Positions 37,070 to 48,858 of a stretch of DNA of 64,000 nucleotides are shown piece by piece (position 1 is the stretch's first letter; every line of letters begins with the position of its first letter). The notes beneath the pieces are model-generated. The model saw nothing but the letters and a program-made list of their open reading frames with translations, was not told the DNA's origin and did no database searches. The position numbers and the translations under genes are program-made. The DNA lies in the NCBI GenBank assembly GCA_013239625.1, contig MU056270.1, positions 124,001-188,000 on the forward strand, in the 5' to 3' direction. The stretch comes from Lama guanicoe (lineage: Eukaryota).

Positions 37070-37235
37070 GTGTGACATTTCCTTGAAACCACATCCTTTC
37101 GACAACTCATGGGATAAGTTTTACTGTTATCCCCAGTTTCCAGACAAAGAAACCAAATTCTTGAGAACTTGAGTGTTGCCTGGTCTCAGGCCAGAAAGTG
37201 GCCGATGAGGCCTGGAGTCCAGGCAGCCTGGCCCA
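37070..37235 (-). mobile_element. MIR SINE fragment
   Basis: ttatccccagtttccagacaaagaaacc ... ggagtccaggcagcctgg, reversed MIR. Boundaries approximate. Confidence 0.6.
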
Positions 37236-39914
37236 GCCGCACCAGGCCACCGCTCCCTTCAAAATGCCAGCACGCCTGGAGGGGCCGTGCTGGGGCTCTC
37301 TCCTGAAGGTCAGGGGCCTCGTGGGGAGGCCAGGGAGGGACACAGGCTGGCACGAGGAAAAGCTGTTTCTTCTTTCCGCCGGAGCCCCGAGCGTGGCCCC
37401 TGTGCCTGCCTTCTGCCTCCAGTGGCGGGCCTGACTTAGCCTGGAGAGGTGGACAGGGTCCCAGGGCCCGGGAGGCCTCTGCAGGAACACAGATTGGCCC
37501 TGCCCGGGGGGCTTGGAACCCGCACCCTAAGCAGTGGGGCTCTGCCCTTGATGCCCCGTGGATGAATGCATTCAGGAGATCCAGTGGGGTTTTTGCAAGA
37601 AGCTCAGGGATTTGCTGTTGTTCAGCTCAGATCACTCAGTGGAGACCCTCGTCGAAGACAGAGGTGAGGGAGGCAACGTGGACACTGGAGCAGAGGCGGT
37701 GACCTCCTTCCGACCCCTGGGGCTGACGGCAGGTCGGGGAGACAGGGTTACAGAGCCTGCTGAGGACTGGGGTGCAGGGCCCAGCAGGATTTGGGCAGGG
37801 CGGGAGGCCACGTCGGGGAGGAGTTCCCACTCTGTGTCCTGTCCTGTCCACCCAAACCGATGCAGAGCCGGCCAGCGGGGAGTTCTGCGCACTGTGGGCT
37901 GTGGGGGGCACAGCAGCGTGTCCCCCTCCTACAGGTAGCCCTGACCCTCAGCACTGGGGGGCGGACACGGAGTGACAGGATGGAGGAAGTGCCACCGCTT
38001 CCAAGAAGCAGCTGGGTATCGGCGCCAGTGCCGCAGCTGGTCTGAGAGGCAGCCTGGGTTCTCCTACACGCTCTGTGCCAAAAGCAGGCTATTAGGAGCT
38101 TGGCCTGTGACTCACCGCTTTCATCTTTAAAAAGCAACCTAGAAGCATCCATGCCTGCCCGTGTGCCCCTGATCTGTACTTTCCCGTGGCCTCTCCAGAG
38201 AGAAGACACCCTCCAAGGGACGGCTGTCGGGGTCAGGTGGCATCTGACTTCTGCTGTGAACCATGCCCGTCCGTGAAGGGGAGGAGAGCTCGCACCTGTC
38301 ACCCCAGGGTCCCCAGGGCTGCCCAGAGGGAGCGGAGGAGTTAGCCTTGGCAGCCCTGTCTTCAAAGACTGTTGAATTGAGGGGAGAAGGCAGTCAATCT
38401 GGAGTGCTCTGTGCCCAGATGCTGCACATGGAAGCACCAGCACAGGCCAAGAAGACCACTGCCTGGTGGAGAGTGTGCTGGGGGTGGGGCCGAGGTGGGA
38501 GCTTGCGGCACGTTGGCGGTTGGGCGGGGAGGCGGAGGTGCAGGCAGGATGGGTGCACTGGTTAGGAGGGAAAGGCAGCGGCAGCCAAGGCCGGGCCTGG
38601 TGATGACAGGTCATGCAGGGTGGGCTACAGGCAGGAGGCAGAGCTGGGGGGACAGGCACCCCAGCCCAGGTGGACAGCCCACAGGAGCCCCCAAAGACAA
38701 CCTGCCAAGCGAGGTGCCTGACAACGTGTTTCGTTGTCACCTTGAAGAAGTGGCAGGTGGTGCCGGCTCGAGTTCTCAGAGGCAGAAACAGTCAAGGCGT
38801 GAAGATCGTTGGTGGTCACACCTGTGAGAGAGGGGAAGCAGGCTCACGGGGCAGAGGGGCTACCTGCTCCCAGCCACAGGGCCCTGGGGGGCGGCTGGGC
38901 GCCCCAGAAGTGCGGCCAGTGGTGCTCACCGCGCTCACGGGATCTGCAGGGTGACCAGGTGCTGAAGTGCGACCCTGCAGAGGTGCTTCTGCACAAACGT
39001 GCCACCTGCAGGACCAGCCCCCCAGTGCTGGGGCTTCCGGGCGCTGGGTCGCTGGGTGCCCCTCAAGACCTGACGTACCCCTTCCCCCGGGCGCAGCCCC
39101 AGGACTTGGGGGAGGCCTGCTCTCCTCACAGGGGTCCGCCGCTCCCTGTGCAGGAGATGCGGAGACACACTGGCCACAGAGCATTTATTCAAGATTATTT
39201 TCAGTGATACACAACTGAGAGTCAGTCTGCTTTTGACCACCACCAAGAGCCAGCCACCCTGAACCGTTTCAGTGCTGAAGTACACCGCACCCAAATTCTT
39301 CTGTAGGTCTAAGTTCTATATGAGTCTAAGGCTGTGCCTGCTGTAGTGTTTTGATAAATAACGCCAGCTTCATACGTGCAGGCTTTTATTACACAGCCTT
39401 TAGTCAGCAGCGTATCCTCCACGGACGTGAATGTGGAGAACTCCCGCTTAGCAGCAGCGCTGGCGGGAGGGGATCCGCCCTCTTTGTTCTGTCTTCGTCT
39501 TCCAAGTTCCGAAGGTTTGCCGCACCAGCCCCGTGGGGAAGTTTGGCCTCCAGCCTGTAGAGTAGATTCAGAACAGCCAAGGAGGGGACCGCCAGCGACT
39601 TCAGCCTGGCTCCTGCGTGACCACGTGCGGCCACTTGAACATTTACTTGCCTTGACAAGCTGTTGGCTGCACAGACGTTTGAGAGCCACCAGAATTGGTC
39701 CCAAAGAAGCACAGACATGCTATTTGTGGAATCTGAAGAGAAATGGGGTTTCTATGAACCTCTCCCAATCTTACCCTTCTGTTTAATAGTTTTCCTATTT
39801 GTGTGTCTGTTGCTTAACATGAGAGGAAATTTTCAAAATTGAAGCCAAATTGGTCTATGATCAATGATGAATGAAGGTAGACTGGCAAGTCTGACATAAA
39901 GAGAAGTTCAGTTT

Positions 39915-40367
39915 CCTAGTCGGCTGTGAAAAAGAAAGAAGTCACGCCATTTGCAGCACCATGGATAGACCTGGAGATCGTCACTCTACGTGAAGTCAGC
40001 CAGAAAGAGAAAGAAAAATGCCACATGATATCACTCATATGTGGAACCTAAAAAAGAAAACCGAAGACACTGATGAACCAACTTACAAGACAGAAACAAA
40101 CTCTCAGAGAGAGCAGTCTTTCGGTGACCCGAGAGGGAAGAGCAGTGGGCAGGGGTAAGCGGGGAATCTGAGGTTTGCACACACCAACTGCTGTCCATAA
40201 AGTAGGTAAACAGCAAACGGCTTCGTGCAGCACGGGGAGCCGCGTTCGGTGTCCCGCAGCGGCCTATGATGGAAAAGAAGATGAAAACGAGTTTACATGT
40301 GCGACTGAAACGTGATGCTGTGACCAGAAGTTGATGTAACCCTGTAAATGACTACACTTAAATAAAA
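39915..40367 (+). mobile_element. 5'-truncated artiodactyl/camelid-type L1 (ORF2 end + 3' UTR) with 17-bp TSD
   Basis: gccatttgcagcaccatggatagacctggagatcgtcactctacgtgaagtcagccagaaagag, an A-rich tail, and TSD AAAGAGAAGTTC(A/C)GTTT at 39898-39914 and 40368-40384. Confidence 0.9.
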
Positions 40368-41269
40368 AAAGAGAAGTTCCGTTTTGACAAAATCACTGAC
40401 AATTGCCGAAATTATTCATTAGCGTGACAGACCAACAGATAGGTATGTTTCTTCAAATACACTTTATTGCAGTTAAAAAGTATTCGTCCATGACTTTTTC
40501 CTCTTTTTTTTACCACGATATTGTTTTATTTTTGTTCTTATTTATTTATTGGCATGCCAATGAATGTAAGGTGCAGAAAAGCTCCGTTCACAGCATTGTT
40601 TCTTTTCTGTGTCACTCCAGAGGACTCTGGTGTCACACGTGCCACGTGCGACCGGTGCTCACAGGTCCTTAGGAAATACTGCGGCCCTGAGGCCTGCTGG
40701 TCTCCCTGTGGCCCGTCCCTCAGTGCCTGCCGCCGTTCTGATTTGGTTTTTATCTCATTTACTGACTCCTGAGACTTGGCCAATTATTTCCATTTCATTT
40801 TCTCTATAGAGACACAAGTTAAAAGTCAACTGACTTTTCACACGTTCGTTTCATTTTTTTCTGGTCCTTTCTTCAAAGATAATTGAAGATTGCTGTGGTC
40901 ACTTGTGAGGCCCCTGGATGGGAGAGCTGCTTTGTTTCCTGGCATCTTTGCCTGCTCCTGTGTGAGACCCTTCCGGTAAGAGGCTTGTGCAGGAAAACCT
41001 ACATCTCACTGGAGGTAAACGGAGGCTGAGGCATCCCCTTTCTCCTTGTCACAGAATTCCCATCAGCAAGTCTTTAAACTGCCATCTCTCCTTTCAGAGA
41101 CTCAGATTTATAAAAATTCTGTGAACATACCTCCTCCATTGCCAAACTCACAGTGCACCTCTGTTTGGTGATAGGACCTAATTTAGATGTTTGTGAGGTT
41201 TGTGAAGTGACTCCCAGTCATAAAGCACACCCTTCTTCTGTGCCAAAGATTGCCAAGTGTCTTTATTCC

Positions 41270-41426
41270 TTTTTAAAAATTACAGTTGATTTACTAAAAT
41301 GTGTTGATTTCAAGTGTACTGCAAAGTGGCTCAGCTATATATATGTACTTCTTCAGATTGTTTTCCACTGTAGGTTATCACCAGACATTGAACACAGTTC
41401 CCTGTGCCGTCCAGTGGGCCCTTGTT
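41270..41426 (-). mobile_element. L1 3' UTR fragment (artiodactyl type)
   Basis: Reverse complement reads ggcacagggaactgtgttcaatgtctggtgataacctacagtggaaaa, homologous to the L1 copies at 40.2 and 52.7 kb. Confidence 0.75.
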
Positions 41427-44400
41427 ACCTACCAAGCACATTTCTAACACAGGGACCAGCCGGCCCGGGACCCCAGCTTCTCAGGGCAGGCACGGCGCAC
41501 AGCAGGTGCAGAGCCGTGTCTGTCATGAGCCCCTTCCTGCTGCACCTCTTGTCAGAGCCCCCAGGGCCTCGCTTTCCTTGGGCTGTGGCTGCACCCCCAG
41601 GCCAGCACTCACACTGCAGGCCCCCCAGGCCCCGGCTCCCCCGCCCCAGCTACCCAGAAGTCCGGGCTCCCCCCGAGTGTGTGTTGTGCGAGCCGCGTCC
41701 TGGCCGTCTCGTCACGCCTGGGCTCAGTGAGAGGATGGGCCGAGCCGCTCGGCGATGCGCACAGAAGCCCCCCTGCCCACTGAGTCCTTCACACCCTCTC
41801 ACCCGACTTTCAGAAGTGTGCCAGGACCCTGTCTGCCCCCAGCCGGCCAGTCCCTTGGGGTTGTGGGGTCTGGGCGTGCTGTGGGCCAGGCGGGCGGGGC
41901 TCAGCCCGAGCGGCTGCCAGTCTTCCCTGTGCTGACGTCGCTTGTCTCTGAGCCTTTCTTTAAAAAGTAAATTAACAAAAGTCAAGTGTTTTGGGAATTG
42001 AACCAGCCTCTGAAACTCTCTTTTCAAAAGGCCTCACCACTAGCGTCCTAATCTTGTTTTATTTTGCTTCTTAAGCTTAAAAAAATGCTGACACCTTTCT
42101 TTCCTTTTTCTGTATTTAAGTCAATCGGTTGAAACCATTGGTGGCCCTGCTGTGCACACAGCTGTGGGCCAGGCCCCTGCCCATCGGAGCCCACGTGTCC
42201 GCTTCCAGGGTCTCTCCTGAACGTCACTTTTGCAGCCCCAGCCAGAGCACGTCCGCACTTCTGACGTCAGCGGCCTTCTCGTGGCTTGGATTTTGAACTA
42301 TCGTCTCTCTCTTACAGTACCGTTGACCTTGTTTTTGTCACCTTTCACTTAAGCCCATGCGCTTACTATCTGATAGCCTTGTTCTGTTTCCTGGATTTCT
42401 TCATTCGTTGCCTTTCTCACAATTTACATTCATTTCTCAGAACAGTTTGATGCAGATTGTTTGCTGTGAAGCTAGCTCTGGACAAAGTTCGTGGTCCCGG
42501 TTGAAACGGTTGCTTAAAGCAGCTTTTCTTTCAGAGACACGGCTTCTGAGCTGGAATCCCACACCTCTCTGGAGAGACACCAGCAGGCATCAGGCACTGT
42601 GAGCAGGTGTGCGGACGGCGAGTCCCCCACGCAGACTCCCCGTCGGGTCTGCGGTGCCTGGGGTGTGCTGCGGGCACAGGGTCCGGGCGTACGCATGTCT
42701 GTTCTGTTTTACCACAGCTTTTCTTCAAGTTTCTTGGGGAAAAGGCTAGACTTCCTTGATTTTCTATCCAACAGTTTCTTCCTAGGATTATGGAAATTTG
42801 TTTCCCCCTAAATGAAAGAAGTCTACAATGGCATTCAGAAAATTACTTTTATTTGGTCAGTTCTCTAGTGCTTCATAAAGTGTTTTCCCACTTACAGAGC
42901 ACCTTCACGTAGATGAATTCATCTTCCCGACAAGGCGATGGGGTCACCAGCACACAGGTTCAGCTGCTGACTAGACTCAGGCTGGAACTCAGGTCTGACT
43001 CTTAGCCCAGGGCCCTCTGCCCTACACCAAGTTGGAACCCACGGACCACAGGCTCTCCATGTGAGCAAAACAAAGATAACCTGCCAAAATAATCCAGAAA
43101 CAGAGGTCGAAGCAACGTTGTCATGTGACACAGTCGGTTCCCAGTGGATTGACACCAATCAGTAAAGGGTTAGCAGAAGAGGCCAGAGTTACCTGGTCTA
43201 CGAGGGAATGTTGTCCCCACAGGATACATTCACACAAGAAAGTGTCTCCTCCAGGACTTTGGATGTGAAATCGTCTTGGAGGCTTGTAGACGTGGTTGTG
43301 TCTGGGATCCACTGAAGGAGTCTCGATCCGCCAGTGGGTGGCCCCTGGGCTAGGAGGGGCAGCAGGTGGAGCTGCCGTCGGTCTGGGAGGCACCCTCTGG
43401 GAGAACCAAGACAAAGTGCAGAAAAGAAGTCAGCGGCAGGGCAGAGGCTGCTCGGGAGGGGCAGAGGCAGGCGGCCCAAGGACTGAGCGGATGGGGAGGA
43501 GGGAGTTTGGTCCGGCCGGGGTGGACGGTCCGGGAGCAGTGCCGGGAGCAGCAGGTCCAGGGACCTGCCAGGCAGAGTGGGGTGCTGCTTGTCTGCCGCG
43601 GGGCAGGTCCAGGGCTCAGTCACTCATTCTCACAACACAGCTCTGGACCAATGACAGCTGTCATTCTAATGCCAAGTCTTCACTCGTAAGTAAACGTACT
43701 TTAAGACCATAGGGTCAATCTCCTCTTGCTCAGAATTGTTTTGTTCCAAAACTTAAAAAAAAAAAGTTTCAAGTCCATGTAAAAGAATTGATTTTTTCAA
43801 AAGAAGAATTTGAGTAGGGAAGGAAACAAAGGGGCAATTGAAAAGTAGCTACGACCCGCCCGGCAGAGGCGACGAGGATGTGTTTCGATAGACAGTGAGG
43901 AGGGGTGGCAGTAAGTGCGTCTCTGACGTTCTTGGCTGGGGTAAACCTGGCAGAGGTGCTGAATCAGTAGCCCTGCCCTCCCTCTCTGACTTCTGTGAGT
44001 GTAAACCTCAGAGGCCAGAGAGCAGGGAGACAACGCTCTCCGGAGGTTTGGAAACTGGCCTGACTCGCGCCTCCTGGGTGGCGAGGATGCTTGCCCCAGC
44101 TGTGTGCTTCTCTCTGATCGCAGCACTTGACAACTGTCAATGTTTGGAAAGAAAATTTTTCAAAATTACTTCTGGAGCTTATATTTATGCATTTGTCAAA
44201 AGAGGGTAAGCCAAAAAGACCAGCTGTGGACCTTCTCCAGTGATAGCACCTTTTTCTTATTTCCATATTTTAGGAGATGCCTATTTTTAACATGTATTTG
44301 TTGCCTGGACTCTGCTCTGCAGACGTCGCTGTAAAACCACATGCTTTCACAGAACATGCGTGAGACACACACTGTCTTTCAGTGACTGTTGTCATTGCTG

Positions 44401-45680
44401 CTCAGCAAAAATCAGAGAGAATGTTCTACAGGCATTTTCTTGGGAACCAGTGGGGTTTAAGTGGGTGCGTCAGCCTCCTTCCTGCTCTCAGCTCTCACTT
44501 CGGAGGTTGGGCCTAATCAGAATTATGTATTATTTCAATTTTTTTTTTCCTGAAATGCTGGCAGGTGTCGTTGGGTGAACCCCCTTCCTGGCTGCATCCT
44601 CCGTCAGGGCCAGTGTGATTTCTCCAGTCCTTGGTTTACTAGGCCTCAAAATAGGGACAGAATTTCTCAGAATTTCAATGTTTTGTAATGTATCAGATGT
44701 AGAGTCATTGAAAGAGAAAAGTATCTTTGTGTTTGTGGCCTTGGGGGAAATTTGAATTATTGCAATTATCTCTTCTCTTCCATGTCCTCCCCGTTTCCAG
44801 CTTAAAGGAGGTCAGGAGGTGGGGGGGTGAACTTAACTAACACCACCTTCCTTTACTCAAAACTTTGCCAGAATGAGGTCTTGGGATAGCTTACCCAAAA
44901 GCCCAGCTTCTAACCCATTTCTCACTTTTCTTAGGTCCATTAGAGCTGAAGATTCTAGAAATTTATTTTACGTGCTGCCTCACGTAGGGGCTGTGTGTGC
45001 ATTTGGCCAAATAGGTGTTTGTAACGAACGCCCAGGGAAAGCTCTCACCCCAGACAGATCGTGGGCCCCTGGAAACAACTAGGCATCCAGGTGAGGCCAA
45101 ATGTTTCTATCTCCAGGAAGACGTGTGCTGTCCCTCTTGCAATTAAAGAGGCCCCTGGGCTTCTCTGAATAGTGGCAACAACTGTTATTTAATGCACACA
45201 AAAGGAGACAGGCTTTTTTTTCACTGTAGCAAAGATTTCAGTAGGCCACGGGGGATTCTGGGGAGTTTCAAACCTTTTTCCCCTTTGCATTTCATGTCAC
45301 GCTGCGCATGTTTCGTCATGAGTGTTTTACATGCTAACAGAAAACGTAGCCTGTCTGACAGGACAGACCCCGCCGGTGGCCAGGTTGGACATGGGTGATC
45401 ATGCGTGCAGACTGTTTTCCACGGAAAGCTACACACCAGCACTGACCAAGCAGCCCGCGTGCTGCAGCAGGTGCTAACAGACGTCGCAGCTGTCTGACTG
45501 GCAAAAACACTGTGGGCTTGCTCTAACGGTCATTTGGGTCGGTGGAATGTGGGGAGTCTGACCTCTGCTTTCAGGAGACTGCTGCCCAGAGTCACAGGGC
45601 ATCGCGGGGACCAGGCTGACCACCTGTCAGATTCTCTCCTTCCGCAGTACTTTAACCCTCCTGTTGTTTTTTCCCTCGGG

Positions 45681-46000
45681 TTTTTTAAAAAACAGCTCTA
45701 CTGAAGTCTAATTTACATACCATGCATTTCACCCATCTAAAGTGTGCCGTGAGTTCAAGAACTCCACCAAGTGTGCAGCTGTCACCCTAACCAGACTCAG
45801 TTTTCATCACCCCACGCCCCGCCCCTTCCACCCCCAGCACCGACAACCATGATCCGCGCTCCTTCTGTCAGTTTGCCCCAGGACAGTTTGTACGGGCGAA
45901 CCATACAGTGTGGTCTTTGGTGTCTGGCGTCGTGCACCAGCGTAAAGTGTGGGAGTGCCATCCGCGTGGGGCATGTGTTGCTGTTTCCTTTTTACTGAAC
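45681..46000 (-). mobile_element. L1MB/MC-like 3' end
   Basis: aacagctctactgaagtctaatttacataccatgcatttcacccatctaaagtgtg ... accatacagtgtggtctttggtgtctggc. Confidence 0.75.
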
Positions 46001-46036
46001 TGCCTGGTTTGTTTTTCACTGGAGTGAAGGGTTCAC

Positions 46037-46213
46037 CAGTGGTTCTGCACTGGGACCAGTGGTGGGACATCTGGGGGCATCTTGATGGTCACATGGGGGT
46101 GGGGCTGCTGCTGGCGTCTGGCACGTGGAGGCCAGCGATGCTGGAACACAGGGCCCCACGACAAACAACTACCTGTCTCAGAATGTCAGTGGTGCTGAAG
46201 CTGAGGATCCCAG
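46037..46213. mobile_element. MER20 hAT-Charlie DNA transposon
   Basis: cagtggttct ... ctgctggcgtctggcacgtggaggccagcgatgctg ... gccccacgacaaacaactacctg ... aatgtcagtggtgctgaagctgag follows the MER20 consensus. Confidence 0.8.
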
Positions 46214-47509
46214 GCTAGGCTTCTCGGAGTTTCCATTGCTGTCGAGGCCCCTGTTTAAGACCAACTGGCGCACAGTGGGACTCTTCCCTCCTGTCTGACT
46301 ATGTATTACTGAACTGGGGTTCTGTTTGTCTGATTTCTGTGTGTGTAAAATATGAATTCATTTGTGAAACTGATAATCTTTTTTTACCATTTGGGAAAGT
46401 TTTGGAATCTCGCAAAATAGTATTCAGTAGGTTGCACTGTCCACCAAAGAGAAAGGTGAGGAAAAAGAGTATACAGTTCTTATCCCCTGGTTGAGATCTC
46501 AGTATAGCCTGGTTCTGAAAACTTAGCGACAGAAAAGTAGCAGATGTCTTGGCTTGTGCCGCTTAAATTCCAGGAGCTGCAGGAGCCACTGGGCGGTTTA
46601 TAATACAGGCATCTAATGAAGAACATTAAGTTCATTCAGCAACAAATTGCACCATAATTTTTGTGGAATGGGGTCCAATATTATGTACTCTGGTTATATT
46701 TTTCCAGTTCAGCTTCAAATTTTGAAGCTGCTGTTATTCTTAACATTAATGAAGCAATTTTATGTGGGACGGAGGTTAAAAGAAACAGATATAAAGAAAA
46801 CAACACTAAAGAAGTTCTTCTCACCAGCATAAAACCCTTCTTGAGAACAGGAAGAGATCAGCCAGAGTTAAAACACTTTGTTTTTGAGGCCAGGGATTCC
46901 CTGACTGCTGGACTTTCCTCCAGGGAGGTTGAGATGCCAAGAGGTGGAATGCTGTCTCCTGGTTCTTTTAAGCTTTGTGTGATGATGAATAAGAAACAAG
47001 GTTTTCTGAAGCTGATAACGTTAAGAGGAGACTGAACTGCCATGAGCTGGTGAACCATCCTTGGCAGAGGGTACCTTTGGGAATCTGACAAATAAACAGT
47101 GTGTTTCAACTGCCTGGGTGACTTCTCCTCACCCTGACAGCTCTTGTGTTCCAGTGGGCAGCTCCAGCCCAGCCCCCAGAGAGGGAGCGGCCAGAGGGGA
47201 GTGCGGACTGTGTGTAGGCTGGGAGCAGGCAGAACGGGGTCTCCCACAGTCTGACGTCCGGCGTCACCCGAGTCTCCTCAGCACCTCCTGCCAAAACTGA
47301 TGGTAAACCACATCAGAAATACAGGGTAGAAGTAAACTGGGCAAGATATATACCCACACCTGTGCGGGTGCACACATGCAACACACATACATGACATGCA
47401 CACCCGTACACGTAGGCGCCTGCACGTACAGTACATGCACACGCTACACACATGCCCCCCCACAGCACAGGCATTCACGCACACACGCACGTTCCTCAGA
47501 ATCACGGTG

Positions 47510-47635
47510 AGCACTTTGCAGACATTTATTCATCACTGCCAGACAGTTATTTTGTGTCTGTGTTACAGGTGAGAACACTTAGGCTCAGAGAGGTCAAGTA
47601 ATTTGATCAGGGCCATGCAGCTGGTGAGTAGTAGC
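47510..47635 (-). mobile_element. MIR SINE fragment
   Basis: ttacaggtgagaacacttaggctcagagaggtcaagtaatttg. Confidence 0.7.
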
Positions 47636-47689
47636 AATTAGGAGGTTTTCTCTAAATCCAAATTCCAAAGAGAGAAGCAGTGCAAGAGA

Positions 47690-48030
47690 AAATCTCGCCT
47701 TTAGAAAGCTGTCACTCCAACGTAAAAAGACCAGTGGTGTGGGAGTGAGGGAGATGCCTAGGCAGAGCTGAGGCGGTGGAAACACGCGTATACCATTATA
47801 ATGTGGAAACATCTGTCGACACCCACAGAGAGCACAGCAGCAAGGGTGACCTTGACGTGAATGCTGGGTGATGGCGATCAGCGTGCGGCGGGTTTGTGGA
47901 CAGAGACGTGTACCAGGTATTGGCGGCACTGGGTGTGTGCTGAGGGGGCGTGGCAGGGGCACATGGGAAATCTCTGTGCCTGTCGGGAACCTAAAACTAC
48001 TCTGAAAAAAGAAAGTCTGTAAAAATAAAA
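47690..48030 (+). mobile_element. L1MC-like 3' end
   Basis: ggcaggggcacatgggaaatctctgtgcc ... aacctaaaactactctgaaaaaagaaagtct. Confidence 0.7.
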
Positions 48031-48409
48031 AGACGTAGCCCCACACTCAGTGTTCCAGCTCAGCTGTTTCAATACCGCTTACAGAAGATTCAACTTGGTC
48101 GATCAACTGCCTGAATTAGAAGCTCAGGAATGTGCTAACCCTTTGTCTGTCTCTCTCTCTTAACATAAAAGTAGCTTTTTTCTAAAGATAAAAGTGACAT
48201 ATGCTAACTACTGAAATAGTCCATATGTATATGAAATATTTTTAAAAGTAAGAATTATCTTCACCTCTTCATCTAGAGATAAGCAACCTTAATGTCTCCT
48301 GAATACTCCTTTTGCTGTGTCTCTAGGCAGATTGGATAGATGGATGGTAGGTAGGTGGTAGGTAGGTGGTAGGTAGGTGGTTGGTAGGTAGGTGATAGGT
48401 AGATGGTAG

Positions 48410-48858
48410 TATTACCGAGTCCAAACTCATTCTACTTGCCACACAACAGGCCAACAAATTGGAAGACGAGGTGTTGGGACAAGGAATAGCGACTTTGTTC
48501 GGAAAGCCGGCAGACCGAGAGGATGGCAGACTAATGTCTTAGAGACCCATCCTCCTCGGGTCAGAATACAGGCTCCTTTTATACAAAAAAAATAAAAATA
48601 AAAAGGAGGGGGAGGGGGTGTGGTTGGTTGTTGCAAACTTCTTGCTGCAGGAATTCTTTGTCCTTGCAGTTGTCCATGTGGGCCAGGTCATGGTGCTCCT
48701 GCAAAACCTCCAACAAAACAAATGTTTTTCTCTGTTCTGCAACTTGTTATCTTTACATGAGTGCAGAGCCAGCAAGACTAAGCCTAGAAAACAGGGCACA
48801 GGGTTAAAGCCAAAGGAACAGATCTAATATAGAGTCAGATTTGGTCTTTTCTGTTACA
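48410..48858 (-). mobile_element. ERV1-class solo LTR (MER41-like) with 4-bp TSD, inserted in a (GGTA)n microsatellite
   Basis: Minus strand begins TGTAACAG and ends GGTAATA (CA changed to TA). TSD GTAG at 48406-48409 and 48859-48862; internal TATAAAAG on the minus strand. Family assignment is from memory. Confidence 0.8.

Larger units (their letters stand above)
39165..44960 (-). pseudogene. Candidate unannotated multi-exon gene relic, convergent with DUSP22; product unidentified
   Basis: Ordered minus-strand acceptor/donor pairs, four short introns (94, 112, 88, 122 nt), a ~110-codon open terminal exon starting at an acceptor, and AATAAA at 39385-39390 and 39184-39189. Internal blocks contain stops. 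Confidence 0.4.

Noticed and set aside
37748-38740. Longest ORF in the track (330 aa, minus), and similar 200-285 aa ORFs at 10606, 25649, 33623, 41153, 54548 and 61750
   Set aside because: Pro/Arg/Gly/Ala-rich with no recognisable domain; long stop-free stretches are expected at this GC content.
39915-41426. Inverted L1 pair as a dsRNA-forming element
   Set aside because: The shared segment is short and too diverged after GC drift to form a convincing stem.
42896-43311. RCC1-like (VSCGDN/HSLV, LWSVGSN, QLGVG) or SH3-like (FQPESSQQLNLCAGD) resemblance in the candidate relic exons
   Set aside because: The motifs fall in different frames, need ad hoc indels and are mutually incompatible; no family assignment is justified without a profile search.
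40821-46730. Short palindromes at 40821-40838 and 46710-46730
   Set aside because: Arms of 8-10 bp in AT-rich sequence with no supporting context; a few are plausible by chance in 64 kb.
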